Part shown: one piece after another, positions 24,509-37,039 of the stretch
Layout of the letters: each line of letters begins with the position of its first letter
Numbering within the stretch: position 1 is the stretch's first letter
From: Octopus vulgaris
Lineage: Eukaryota
NCBI GenBank assembly: GCA_951406725.2
Contig: OX597829.1
Span: 3,782,001 to 3,846,000 of the forward strand
DNA length: 64,000 nt
Reading direction: 5' to 3'
Position numbers and translations under genes: made by a program
The notes under the pieces: model-generated
Told to the model about the DNA's origin: nothing
Databases searched by the model: none
What the model saw: only the letters and a program-made list of their open reading frames with translations

Positions 24509-25499
24509 TTTATATGAATTTATATTTATGTATAATGTGGGTGTGTTAATATGAATATATGGCGCGTGTGTTCATGCATAAACTCTCAACTATGAGTGCA
24601 TTGCAGAACAGCAGTATTCTAAGGAAGTTCACGACAATTTCTGATTCCTGCGTTGAACTTGACTGACGCATCGTTCTGAAGCATTTCTCTTTTACTCTCT
24701 CGCATCGCCTTTAGTCGAGGAAATCGACCCCCAGGACTTATTCTTTGTAAGCCTAGTACTTATTCTATCGGTCTCTTTTGCCGAACCGCTAAGTTACGGG
24801 GACGTAAACACACCAGCATCGGTTGTCAAGCGATGTTGGGGGGACAAACACAGACACACAAACACACACACATATACATACATATATACGACGGGCTTCT
24901 TTCAGCTTCCGTCTACCAAATCCACTCACAAGGCTTTGGTCGGCCTGAGGCTATAGTAGAAGACACTTGCCCAAGGTGCCACGCAGTGGGACTGAACTCG
25001 GAACCATGTGGTTGGTAAGCAAGCTACTTACCACACAACCACTTTTGCGCCTATATGTATATTGAAATTTAACATCAGATTATTTAGTATCGCCATGCTT
25101 AAGCGAAATAATTAAAATGTATACGGACAGACAGACAGAAGTAGAGAGAGATGCTGTTAGATTGATAGATGGAGAGATGGAGAGAGAGATGCTGGTGTGT
25201 TTACGTCCCCGTAACTTAGCGGTTCGGCAAAAGAGACCGATATAATAAGTACTAGGCTTACAAAGAATAAGTCCTGGGGGTCGATTTCCTCGACTAAAGG
25301 CGATGCGAGAGAGTAAAAGAGAAATGCTTCAGAACGATGCGTCAGTCAAGTTCAAAGCAGGAATCAGAAATTGTCGTGAACTTCCTTAGAATACTGCTGT
25401 TCTGCAATGCACTCATAGTTGAGAGTTTATGCATGAACACACGCGCCATATATTCACATTAACACACCCACATTATACAGAAATATAAATTCATATAAA
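24509..25499. repeat. 312-bp near-perfect inverted duplication (24509-24820 / 25188-25499)
   Basis: The arms are reverse complements with only a few substitutions; 367-bp spacer. Confidence 0.95.
24690..25052 (-). mobile_element. SINE family A
   Basis: Reverse complement of the 31167-31572 element. Confidence 0.85.
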
Positions 25500-25875
25500 G
25501 CGTTATATGCTCATGATGCTTAAGTCCACTTATTTTTGTTGCAAAACAGATACAAGCATCAAATCTCAAACATTAATCGTTACCCACTTATAGTTGCGAA
25601 GCAAAAAAGACTAAAATACAATGTAGAAAATAGAAATATCATGAAAACGGACATTGCCATTTCAATGGAACTTAAAAACCATAAAACATTAAACCGGATT
25701 ACCGAACTAAACGTATTGAACAGAAGTGATTGAACACTGTCGAAGACCACGTTGCCAATACATAAAACGGGAAATAATAATAATAATAATAGCCTAAAAG
25801 ACTAATCAACCTAAAACTGTAAACATTGATTAATTAGAGTATAGATACCATTTGACATTGTTACCTATTGATATA

Positions 25876-26335
25876 CACAGGTTGGGCAAAATAATGGAAA
25901 CACCTTGTTATATGGAAGTTTTTTTTTTTTTTTTTTTGATAGTGAATTGGTCCACCTGTGATATCAACCATAGCTTTGGTTTTACCTTGTTTTTAGAATG
26001 CCAACGTAGTTTTAGAGACTGTACCTCCCAAAATATTAAACAACTCAGCGGTTTTAGCGACCGAAGCTCCAGCCATAGGTGCTTCAACAATTTGTTCCAT
26101 TTGGAAATCGGAAAAGTCGCACATTTTATAAATATTTGCAAATATAGATATTTGCAAAAATAGAAAGAAAAAAAAAAGACTATATCATGGAGTACAAGGC
26201 ATACATAATGCATATGAACACATATATATTGACAGAGCAGAACAGTTTTGAATTTGTGATATTGCCAATAGAAAAAAAAAAAAAAAGAAAAGTTAAATAA
26301 AAAGTGGTGCTTTCCATTATTTTGTCCAACCCTTG
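25876..26335. mobile_element. 460-bp Tc1/mariner-type MITE
   Basis: TA|CACAGGTTGGGCAAAATAATGGAAACACC ... GGTGCTTTCCATTATTTTGTCCAACCCTTG|TA: TIRs with TA duplication. Confidence 0.8.
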
Positions 26336-26779
26336 TACATATTTAAAATACGAAATTATATTTAAAGCAAACCAAACGTAAACTAACGGAACAGTAAATC
26401 ACTTTAACCTTAAAATAATACAACATAGAAATATATATATATATATTTCCATGTATTCATTTTTTTTTTTATCTGCAATACCGGATGAACCCACATCGCG
26501 GTAGGAGGCACAAAGACGAGCGGCAACGTCTAACTCGCTACTTCACCAGAAGCAATCCTGGAAAAATCGCAGTAGAGGCGGTGCACCAGCATGGCCACAG
26601 CCTGTGGCTGAAACCCATAAATGAATAAAAGAAAAGATTATATATACGTATATATATTATATATTATATATATATATATAACTTCAAAAATACTTTTGTT
26701 TTAAAAATCCCAAATTAGCAAGAGTACAGATACTTCTCTTTCTATTTTGATAAATAAAATACATTTTTTTGTTTCTTTT

Positions 26780-27448
26780 CTACATAACTGTACAAGACTC
26801 TTTATTTTTATCATCGCAAAATTCTTCTTCGTTTAAAATTGCTGTAATTAATTTGACCAAACATCGATTGGGTTTGTCATAGCAAGCCAATTCGATTTCG
26901 CGGAGTTTCTTATGAAAACTATCCCTCTCTCTACACGTCAGTTCAAAATATTCTGATAAAGTTTTATTACTCTGCTGATAAGTTTTAATGTTAGACAATA
27001 AATTTTCTTTAACTTCTCTTAGATCGCCGATATGTTCTTTCAGTTCTTTAACTTCTGTTTCTAATTCTTTTAATTTGCTTTTAAAAGCATGATATTCATC
27101 ATCAGTTTGAGTGTAATTAGCATTTTTTTGCGGTGGAAGTTCTCTAAAACTTATCGATTCTCTACAATTTGCATGTTTGCGAAAGTACTTTTTCTTTGGA
27201 ATTATAAGTATAGTCTTGCTCTTCCTGTTTTCGTTGTCTTGATCTTCTGCAGACTTCGTGAGTCTTCTTGGTGTTTCAAACTGCTGTTTGCTTAAACTTT
27301 CCGATTTTTTTAGTTCAGATTCTCTTGTCAACGTGGTCGCATTCCTGTTCACCTCCGTTACACTTTTAGATAAAAGTAATTCCTTTTTCTCCATCTCTTC
27401 GATGTTTTCATCGGAACCATTTACATTTGTATTTGCATGTGCTAGCAT
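26780..27448 (-). CDS. Intronless 222-aa protein: low-complexity N-terminus, coiled coil and EB1-like (EBH) C-terminal domain; no CH domain
   Basis: Non-repetitive 669-nt ORF in very AT-rich DNA; ERDSFHKKLREIELAC...LITAILNEEEF resembles the EB1/MAPRE signature ERDFYFGKLRNIELIC...IVDILYATDEGF; heptads LKELETEVKELKEHIGDL precede it. Confidence 0.7.
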   Translation of the reverse strand: MLAHANTNVNGSDENIEEMEKKELLLSKSVTEVNRNATTLTRESELKKSESLSKQQFETPRRLTKSAEDQDNENRKSKTILIIPKKKYFRKHANCRESISFRELPPQKNANYTQTDDEYHAFKSKLKELETEVKELKEHIGDLREVKENLLSNIKTYQQSNKTLSEYFELTCRERDSFHKKLREIELACYDKPNRCLVKLITAILNEEEFCDDKNKESCTVM

Positions 27449-27589
27449 TTGATCGATGTTGTTAGTTGTTTAATGGCTTAGATATATTTCGAAAAGCGTC
27501 GGCTTTTGGAACTTTTCCCTCTGATAAATAAGCCGTTTAAATAAAAGTTTTGTTACACTCTCATTTTACCTGGTAAATATTCTAATCTA

Positions 27590-27597
27590 TGACGTCA
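27590..27597. promoter_or_regulatory. CRE palindrome TGACGTCA about 140 bp upstream of the EBH-like ORF
   Basis: Perfect 8-bp CREB/CREM/ATF consensus; its position in the proximal promoter is inferred. Confidence 0.4.
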
Positions 27598-27728
27598 TTG
27601 TTCTTTATAGCGTTCCAAGTCTTGATTTTTCTCTATCATTTCTGAGTACAGTTAAGAGTGAAAATTTGAATTTTGGTCCTTCCCTCTCTCTTTCTCTTAA
27701 TTTGAAACCATTATTATTATTATTATTA

Positions 27729-27948
27729 AGGCGGCGAGCTGACAGAATCATTAGCACACCGGATAAAATGCTTAGCAGCACTTCGTCCGTCTTCACGTTC
27801 TGAGTTCAAATTCCGCCGAGATCGACTTTGCCTTTCATCCTTTCGGGCTCGATGAAATAAGTACCAGTCATCACTGAGGTCGATGAAATTGACTAGCACT
27901 CTTCCCCCAAAGTTTCAGGTCTTGTGCCTATAGTAGAAGGAATTATTC
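27729..27948 (+). mobile_element. SINE family B, directly after an (ATT)n tail
   Basis: AAGGCGGCGAGCTGACAGAATCATTAGC head plus the family B core. Confidence 0.8.
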
Positions 27949-28129
27949 TTTCTATTTTCCCTTGTTCTCTTGAGTTGCCTATGTTACATCTCAGCTCCAT
28001 CCTGCTGCTTCAGTTCAGTAACAACGCATTTATCTTGACCAAATGCCATCTAGATGTCATGAGAGAAAATTTGCATGGCCTGAGTAAGGGAATACAGTTA
28101 ACCTCTGCTAGATCTGTAAAGCTTTAAAC

Positions 28130-29850
28130 CATCCATAAACAGTAAGTGTTTAATTGGTCTCGTGTTCTTCAGCAGTTTGCAACCAGCTCCCTTTTCCCTT
28201 AGAACCGTGGAGAATGGCAACATACTAACAATAAACAGAAGAAGTCTTTTTTGAAAGAACCTCACCTTGATGTCGGCTTGCCCAATTTCCCTTACATCTT
28301 CTGTCAAAACTGTTTTCCAGTTCCTCATACTGATTTCTGAATAAATATTTTTAGCTGTCTCGACCATCTCCAGACATTTTAGAGTAAGGAACCATACCAT
28401 ATGCCTTCTTATAGTCAATCCAAGCCAATGATAAACTTGTCGACCTTTTCTGACAGTTTCTCAAAATTGTCTCGTCTTTCAGCAACTGATCCTTCGGCCC
28501 TCTTAATCCCAACCTGAAGCTTTTCTGTTTATCTGCTATGAGTTCATTTCTTTCAAGGTGTTCGTACAATATTTTCCCCATTATCCCATTTAGAAGCTTC
28601 CACGTCATAGATAAACAAGTAATCGGACGATTGTTACTTGTTCCAGCACCCTTGGCTTGGTCCTTCTCTATCAACATAATTCTTGTACAATTCTTTGGCG
28701 CACACGGCCTTGCGTTTTTGTAGCCTGAGATGTAAATTCATCAAACCTTTGAACCAAAAACCTTGAACTAGATACGGGCCTGTTGTTTTCCAATTTCTCA
28801 TCTTACCGATTCCTGCTTGTATATCTTCCAACGTGACGGTGATCTTCTCCTGTATCTCCATGTCAACAAATTATTCTTCCACTTCATAAAGCCAGGTTGC
28901 CTTGTGGTTGTCTTTGACATTTTCTGGCCAGATCTTGCTCCAAAACGAAGGCAACTCTGCTTCTTTCTTATCTCCTCCAACCAGAATCTCATTCAACAGC
29001 TTCTGATTTTGCTTAAACTGTAAATTTTCCTCGTTTCTTTTGGTCTTAATTCTTCTCTCTTTGATCTTCTGTTTTAACGTATCCGATATAATCATAATGT
29101 CCTTAATCCACCAGGTGTTATTTCTTATTCATGTCATTCTGATCTCTTTCATTGAGCTTCATATTAACCAGTCCTTACTTCCTTGATTTTATTTAAACCC
29201 TTCCGCCATCTATCGACGCTTTCTTTTATTGTCCAGATTGGTTCTTGATTTCTTTGTTCTTTCCTTTCTCTAAACATTTCCATGTTCTCAGTAATGACAT
29301 AAGCAATGGCGTACATTAAAGAATTTGAATCAGGGATATCCTTAATTAGAATTCTCATGACAACTTCATTATCTTTCTTGAGTTTTGATCCTAGCTTTGT
29401 TATATCGCATGACTTCATTGATAGTAACCTTTTCTTTTCCTCAACGAGCATCACTTCCGCAATTCTGTCGCCGAGTGTAGCTAGTTCTGGGCTAATTTCT
29501 TTCGGCGACTCTCCAGTATGAAGTACACTTAGGTCTTCTATAGACGGTACATTTCCCCATTCCATGTCGAAGCTCTGTAGATTCTTACGTTCAACGGGTA
29601 TTTCTTTTGGACCAGAAGTTTCCTGCAGTTTCTTTCGCACTGCCAGTGTAATCACCTCTTGTTCAATCTTTACTATCCACTTTGTTTTTTTTAATTATCA
29701 TTTGTCTAATCTGATCAGCCATTTTTTTTTCTCTTATATCCTTCATCTCATCGTGTTGATAATATATTTTCCAGACCTCCAGTAACTTTTTTTCTGTAGC
29801 CCCGCTTCCCTGGCTCGCTCCTGATATAACATTCAAGCAACAATGTTTTT
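28130..29850 (-). mobile_element. Decayed R4/Dong-clade non-LTR retrotransposon (N-terminus and RT)
   Basis: Fragments ECYIRSEPGKRGYRKK, NWKTTGPYLVQGFWFK, NRPITCLSMTWKLL, KDQLL, AWIDYKKAY, HLLFMD; many stops and frameshifts. Confidence 0.8.
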
Positions 29851-30679
29851 CCTGTTTTGTCCATATTAAGGTAATATGGAGTCGATAAAATAAGTACCAT
29901 CTGAATACTGGAGTCGATCAACCCTTCCCTCGAACTTGTTGACCTTGTGGGCAGAATCGTTAGCACGGCGGACAAAATGCAAAGCAGCATTTCGTCCATC
30001 TTTATTTTCTGGGTCCAAATTCTGCTGAGGTCTATGTTGCCTTTCATCTTTTCGGGGGTCGATAAAGTGTAAGTTACAGTTGTGCACCTGGGTTGATGTT
30101 AATAGAATAGTTCTTTCCCTCAAATTGCTGGACTTATGCTAAAGAGTGGGAAAATTGCTTTGCAGTATTTATTCCATCACTGTACGTTATGAGTTCGAAT
30201 CCTACAGAAGCCATTAATATATTTACCCTGTGATAAAATAAAAATCCAATGAGAATTAGAGTTTCCCTTCTCAAAATTGTTGGCTTTGTGAGTGAATCAT
30301 TAGTGAATGAATTATAGGGGCACAGGCCCCTATAGTTCTTGTGGTAAGAGGCTGGCTTCTTAACAACATTCAGTCCCAGCGCGTGGCCACCTTCGACAAA
30401 TGACTACTATAGCCGCCTCGGGCCGACCAAAGACTTGTAAGTGGATTCAGGATACAGAAATTTTTGGTGGGGGTGGGGACCCTTCGTGTACACGCGCGTA
30501 TGTTTGTGTTCCCCACCACCTCTTGACAACCGATGTTGGTTTCTTCACATCCCCCATAAGTTAGCGATTCGGCTAAAAGAGACCAATACAATAAATGCCA
30601 AACTTAAAAGTATTGACCGCAGTCCAATGACTGAAACCTGTAAAAGATAAAGAAAAGTAGTATGCATACGTCACTGCTG

Positions 30680-30726
<47 letters not shown>

Positions 30727-30871
30727 CGCATCTTAATACCTCACCTTATATAATGTGCTTGTACTCGTGCGAATGTAGGTGAGCGTCTTATTCTTTCTTA
30801 CTCTCTCAAAGTCAACACTTCGAAATCACTGTTACTCCGTTTCTTATAGAAGTTTAACATGTACTCTAGAA

Positions 30872-31159
30872 CAGTGCTACACAAAGTGGTGGTCCGCGGA
30901 CCGGTGCCGGTTCGCGAGCCATCAGCTGCCGGTACACGGCGTGTTTCCAGAAAAGAAGCATCATAAAATGCTTATGTAATATTGTGTTATTTGTTTACAG
31001 AATAAATATGAGATTAAAAAGAATTGTCAACTTTTATAATATATTCATTATATATATTGTTTGCTGTATAAATTAATATTACTAAGAAATATTACCGGTC
31101 CCTGGCACAGTGGGAAAAAAATTGCTGGTATGCCACATCAGATTGTTTGAGAAGTACTG
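30872..31159. mobile_element. hAT/Charlie-like MITE
   Basis: Ends CAGTGCTACACAAA / TTTGAGAAGTACTG; subterminal GGTCCGCGGACCGG; flanks CTCTAGAA/GTCTGGAG resemble the Charlie NTCTAGAN target. Confidence 0.7.
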
Positions 31160-31166
31160 GTCTGGA

Positions 31167-31572
31167 GGCGCAGGAGTAGCTTGCTAACCAACCACATGGT
31201 TCCGGGTTCAGTCCCACTGCGTGGCACCTTGGGCAAGTGTCTTCTGCTATAGCCTCGGGCTGACCAAAGCCTTGTGAGTGGATTTGGTAGACGGAAACTG
31301 AAAGAAGCCTGTCGTATATATGTATATATATATATATATATGTATGTATTTGTATATGTTTGTGTGTCTGTGTTTGTCCCACAAGCATTGCTTGACAACC
31401 GATGCTGATGTGTTTACGTCCCCGTCACTTAGCGGTTCGGCAAAAGAGACCGATAGAATAAGTACTAGGCTTGCAAAGTATAAGTCCTGGGGGTCGATTT
31501 GCTCGACTAAAGGCGGTGCTCCAGCATGGCCGCAGTCAAATGACTGAAACAAGTAAAAGAGTAAAGAGAGAG
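31167..31572 (+). mobile_element. SINE family A, reference copy (tRNA head, CORE-like block, central microsatellite)
   Basis: GGGTTCAGTCCC B box; GGCACCTTGGGCAAGTGTCTT resembles the CORE domain; (GTAAAAGA)-type tail; more than 10 partial copies elsewhere (e.g. 9013, 23270, 30320, 38010, 38575, 41155, 46350, 60920, 62098). Confidence 0.88.
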
Positions 31573-31803
31573 TTTAGAAGAAAGCATTGTGTAATGGCCG
31601 CAGTTAAATGTAAAATTGTCTTTTTATGTAACTTCGCATTTATGTGTGTGTGTGTGCGTGCGTGCGTGTGTGTGTACACATGTATATTATGCACACAAAC
31701 ACACACACACATACATATATATATATATCAACACGCGCTGTGATTGTGAAAGTGTTTGTCACTCAAGTTCTCTCTCTCTCTCGATATATATATATATATA
31801 TAT

Positions 31804-31842
<39 letters not shown>

Positions 31843-31912
31843 TGTATATGTACATGTAGAGGTAGGTACGTACATATATGTTTATATATATGCATATGTT
31901 TTGTTTTATTTA

Positions 31913-31965
<53 letters not shown>

Positions 31966-33031
31966 GCGCGCTGTGGCTGTGTATATATAATGAAAAGATA
32001 TGATGCACAGATGTACACAGGGGCGCGCGCGCGCGCGGAAGGTTGCGATAGGTAGGTAGGCCTACGCGCGCCTGTCTGTCTCCCAAATTAAGAAGAAGGG
32101 AAAAAAAAAACAGCCGCCTAGAGAGAGGGAGAACAAGATCAAGAAATGAGAAATAAAGATTGCCGTCGTGTAAAAGAGAAGTGATGGCCTTGTCGTATGG
32201 AGAGAGAGAGAGAGAGAGAGAGAGCTTAGAGGTAAGGCTAAAAGTGAACCACATCTACGATAATTGCTCATGATCATCACCTCACATATTGTTATGTGGG
32301 CTGTTTACACGTTATCGTCTCCTCCTCCTCCTCCTCCTCCTCTTCTTCTCCGCTCTTTTTAACCACTTGATGATAATACACCGAACATCCCCCCTTCCCT
32401 CATATATCTTAAGGCAGCAAAACATGAGCGCTTTTTACCCGCGTCACTCCCTCGTCCCCCCTCCTCCCCACCTCCTCGCACTCCGGCATTAGCCTTTCTC
32501 CTCCACCCCCCCCCGCCCCGAAACCCGCCCAAGTCGGCGCCATCAAACGGGACAATGAGTTACACTCTCAAAAGTAGTACTCCGTCATTATCGACGATTG
32601 GCGTCAAACATAATGAAAGATTATAAAAATGAAAAAAAAAAAAAACTTAAATGTATAAACAAATGAAAGAAAATACTGAGTAACAAAATGAAAAAAACCT
32701 GCTACCCTCATCTTCTCCGACCCCCAGAACTCCTCCCCTGCTCCCCCCTCCCTGCGCCGGCCCCCGTCTAGCTATCGTTTTTGCTTTTCTTGCTCCTGTC
32801 TTTTTCTCTTCATACTTATTAAGATGGCAAGTTGGCAGAATCCGTTGTGCGTCAGACAAAATATATGGCAGTATTACGTTTTGAATTCAAATTCCACCCC
32901 GAGTTCACTATTGCCTTTCATCTTTTCGACGTCGATGAAATACAAATAAATACCTGTAAAATATTGCGGTCGCTGTAATCATCTTGCCCCACTCCCTTCA
33001 AAATTTCTGACCAGAATTAGAATGAAATTGT

Positions 33032-33437
33032 GGATCTTTTCGGTTTGAACGGCAGTTTTTAAAAATATTTTCCACGTAACTAAACACTTTTAAACTTCGT
33101 ATACTGGGAGAATGTGTTTATAAAACATCTTTTTCTCTTGGCTTTATTGAGAAAATTCTATAGTTTGTAAGATATTTGTTGTTTTTTTTCTTCAATTTCT
33201 GCAATTTCAACCAATCACTGACGTCTATTGAGGTAAAAAAAACATTCTGTGCCGTATGAATATATCCCTCGTTTAAGAAACAGATTGGGTTTATTTACAT
33301 TTCTGTGAAATACCCTTCCCCCCACCCCTAACCCTAAAACAGATTGAAATGCAATAGATCGATACTGGGGTCATAATTATGGGTGACAATTTCATATGAG
33401 ACCGCTAGAAAAACTGCCGTTCAAACCGAAAAGATCC
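33032..33437 (+). mobile_element. GGATCTTTTCGG-TIR MITE, copy 2
   Basis: Both TIRs intact; body matches copy 1 in reverse; degenerate TSD. Confidence 0.9.
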
Positions 33438-33603
33438 GGAATTTGTTCCATATCTTCTTCAGTACCTTCTAGTTTTTATTTTCTCTCACTGAGACAGTCT
33501 TCACGTATTTAATCTAGACCTTCCAAGCTCCCGGGAGAGGTTCGATTCGTTTTACCCTCTCTAGCTGCATTTAGGGGTTAATGGTTATATTCCTTTTTTT
33601 ATT

Positions 33604-33978
33604 CTTTTTACTTATTTCAGTCCTTTGACTGCGGCCATGTTGGAGCACCGCCTTTAGTCAAACAAATCAACTCCAGGACTTCCTCTTTGTAAGCCTAGTA
33701 CTTATTCTATCGATTTCTTTTCCTGAACCGCTAAGTTACACAACATTCGTTGTCAAGCGATGGTAGGGGGACAAACAAAGACGTACATATATATATGTGT
33801 GTGTGTGTGTGTGTGATAGGATTCTTTCAGTTTCCATCTACCAAATCCAGTCACAAGGCTTCTGGTTGACCCGAGGCTATAGTAGGAGACATTTATCCAA
33901 GGTGCCACGCAGTAGGACTGAACTCGGAGCCATGTGGTTGGGAAACAAGCTTCTTACCACACAGCCACTACTGCGCCT
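33604..33978 (-). mobile_element. SINE family A
   Basis: Reverse-complement match to 31167-31572. Confidence 0.8.
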
Positions 33979-34871
33979 ATATGCATATAATTTCCTTAAA
34001 TGGTACCTCACTCAACCAGGATAGAAGTCAAAACTTAGTTCTGTGGTCCAGTGCTGATTCCATCGGTTTCTTTGTGGTTGAATTGCTAAGTTAGGGGGCT
34101 GTGAACAGACCAACACCAATCAACAATCGATATTCACATGAATATAAACTACAAACATTGTAGCACACGCAAGCACATACGCTAACGCACATATGCACGC
34201 ATATACACGAGAGCACACGTACACTTATGCGTACATATGCGCGCACGTAAACGCAATAACGCACGCACACGTACAAGATTGCTAGCGCATGTGGAGATAC
34301 TTGAACTTACACATACGCATACTTACGTGCACTCACACACAGGCACACACACATCATGCACGCGCATATACGTACACTCACTCTCATATATGGCTCTGCT
34401 AATTAAATACTGACTCGATTGCGTACACCTGCTCTTTATTCAATTGGGCAGCTATTTGCAACATCAGTGTATGTTCTATTTACTATATCCCATATCAGAG
34501 ACGATAAATTGTCGCTCGAGCATATGGTCAGCTTCGACTGCGCGCCATTGAAAAAGCGCAAAAAACACCGAAGTGTATTTGGCGCTCACGCTGGCTGCTG
34601 CAAGGTAGAATTTTCGTCTTCCTCTGATGTTTGTTGTAGTTTTAACACATCAAGTCCATTAGAGGAAGAATACAGCAATAACTGACCTATCGACGGTGTA
34701 TATGCATTAAGCAGGAGATATATCTAGTTTAATTTAATTCTACTTCGATTACGTATACTTGATGGATCAGTTTCATCTCATCTTCTTCATTTTAGTGTTC
34801 ATTTTTCCATACTAGCATGGGTCGGCGGGAGTTTAAGGCACATTTTCTATGACTGAATATATATATATACA

Positions 34872-35466
34872 TCTTTATATATAAAAGAGAGGTTGTGTGT
34901 CTGTCTCCTACGATTTAGATTCCTAACTACTCCCACATTTTGCGGTGCAGTTTAACCAAAACCGGGTATCTTATAGTCGTGATTCATATCGAGCCCTTCT
35001 GGGTATTAGCGCGCGTCTACGATGAGTCTACGATTTAAAAAAAATTTACCATCATTTTTTCCCATTTTAATGCATTTTTTTCGCTATTATATAAGGGAAG
35101 TAACTCTCTAAAAATGTCTACGATGAGTCAACGATTTAAAAAAAATTTACCATCATTTTCCCCCCATTTTTAATGCATTTTAAAACTATTTTTTGGCTAT
35201 AACTCTCTAAAAATGCTTATATAGTTATTTCCCTTACAAACCCGAGCAACGCCGGGCGATACTGCTAGTTATATATAAAAGTGAAGTTGTGTGTCTGTCT
35301 CCTACGATTTAGATTCCTAACTACTCCCACATTTTGCGGTGCAGTGTAACCAAAAGCGGGTATCTTATAGTCGTGATTCATATCAAGCCCTTCTGGGTAT
35401 TAGCGCGCGTCTACGATGAGTCGACGATTTTAAAAAAGATTTACCACCATTTTTTCCCATTTTTAA
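34872..35466 (+). mobile_element. Non-autonomous Helitron (34872-35268) with a head-to-tail partial second copy (35269-35466)
   Basis: A|TCTTTATATATAAAAG 5' end; hairpin CCCGAGCAACGCCGGG then CTAG at 35265-35268; the 5' sequence restarts immediately afterwards. Confidence 0.85.
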
Positions 35467-36828
35467 TGCTCCTCTGTGCTGATGACCTTGCTGTAATTGG
35501 TGTGTCGCTATCAGAACTAGAGGAGAAGTTTCAGGTGTGGATCAAGGATTAGAATCGAAGGGCCTGAGAGTCAACCTAGCTAAAACCAAAATCCTAAGTA
35601 GGAAGGCAGACAAATCACAAATCCCTTCAGGGATCTATAGAAAAGGTTTAGGTAGAAAAGATCTGTGGAAAAGGTGTAAGTAGAAACTCTATAAGATGTA
35701 CCCAGTGTAAGCTATGGACTCATAAGAGGTGAAGCAATATCAAAGGAAGGCTAACTGGGAAGATAGTTTTTGTATGTGGCAGATGCTCAGGAGCAATAAA
35801 CACTGAAAATATGCAGAGAACAACTTCTGTCATATTCCAGAAATAGTTGATATTCTAGAAATAGTCGATAGCTTCCATTACCTAGGTGACCAATTCAGTA
35901 GCGGGGTAGGTGCTCTGAAAGTGTAGCTGCTAGAATAAGAATAGCCTGGGCAAAGTTCAGAGAGCTCTTACCTCTGCTGCTTCTCGCTCAGAGTAAAACG
36001 TAGACTGTATGACGCATGTGTACGAACAGCCATGCTACATGGCAGTGAAACACGGGCTGTGACTGCTGAGGACATGCGTAAGCTCACAAGGAATGAAGCC
36101 AGTATGCTCCGGTGGATGTGTATTGTCAGTGTGCATACTCGACAGAGTGTAACTTGAGAGAAAAGTTGGACCTAAGAAGTATCAGATGTGGTGTGCAAGA
36201 GAGACAACTGCGCTGGTATGGTCATGTGGTGAGAATGGATGAGGATAGCCGTGTGAAAGAGTGTGTCACCCTAGCGGTTGAGGGAACCTGTGGAAGAGGT
36301 AGACCCAAGAAGACCTGGGATGAGGTGGTGAAGCATGACCTTCGAACATTAGGCCTCACTAAGGCAATGACTAGTGACCGAGACCTTTGGAAATATGTTG
36401 TGCTTCAGAAGACCCGGCAAGCCAAATGAGACCATAACCCGTGGCATATGCCAGGGGTGTAACCAGCTCACTTATGCGTATCTTTCCTTCATTGGACACT
36501 AAACTCTGCTTGCGATGACCTGTTCAGAGAAGTGAAATCGAAATCAAATTCGATGACAGCACCGCATGACTAGCATCCGTGCCACTGGAACGCTAAGAGC
36601 ACCACTCGAGCGTGATCGTTGCCAGGACCGCTGACTGGTTCCCGTGCTAGTGGCACGTAAAATCACCCACTACACTCTCGGAGTGGTTGGCTTTAGGAAG
36701 GGTATTCAGCTGTAGAAACTCTGCCAGATTAGATTGGAGCCTGGTGCAGATATCAGGTTCGCCACCCTCAGTCAAACCATCCAGCCCATGCCAGTATGGA
36801 AAGCGGACGTTAAGCCTTGATGATGATG
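35467..36828 (+). mobile_element. Decayed 5'-truncated copy of the PHD-bearing RTE family
   Basis: LLCADDL; homologous to about 1620-3170 in reverse; RQLRWYGHV, RGRPKKTW; (GAT)n tail. Confidence 0.9.
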
Positions 36829-37039
36829 TATGTGTGTGTATGTATATATATATATGGATGTGTATATATATTTCTACATGCGTGTATGTCTATATACATG
36901 TGTGTATATATATATATGCATGCATGTATATATATATATATATATATACATGCATGTATATATATATATATATATGGCCTGCTCGCTTAGCCAGCGGGGT
37001 GGCACATTCGAAGTCTAAAACAATGCGAACGCATTGGGA

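Noticed and set aside
27521-27569. 5'UTR intron in the EBH-like gene (minus strand GTAAAA...TTTATCAG)
   Set aside because: Only about 49 nt with a weak donor; cannot be supported without transcripts.
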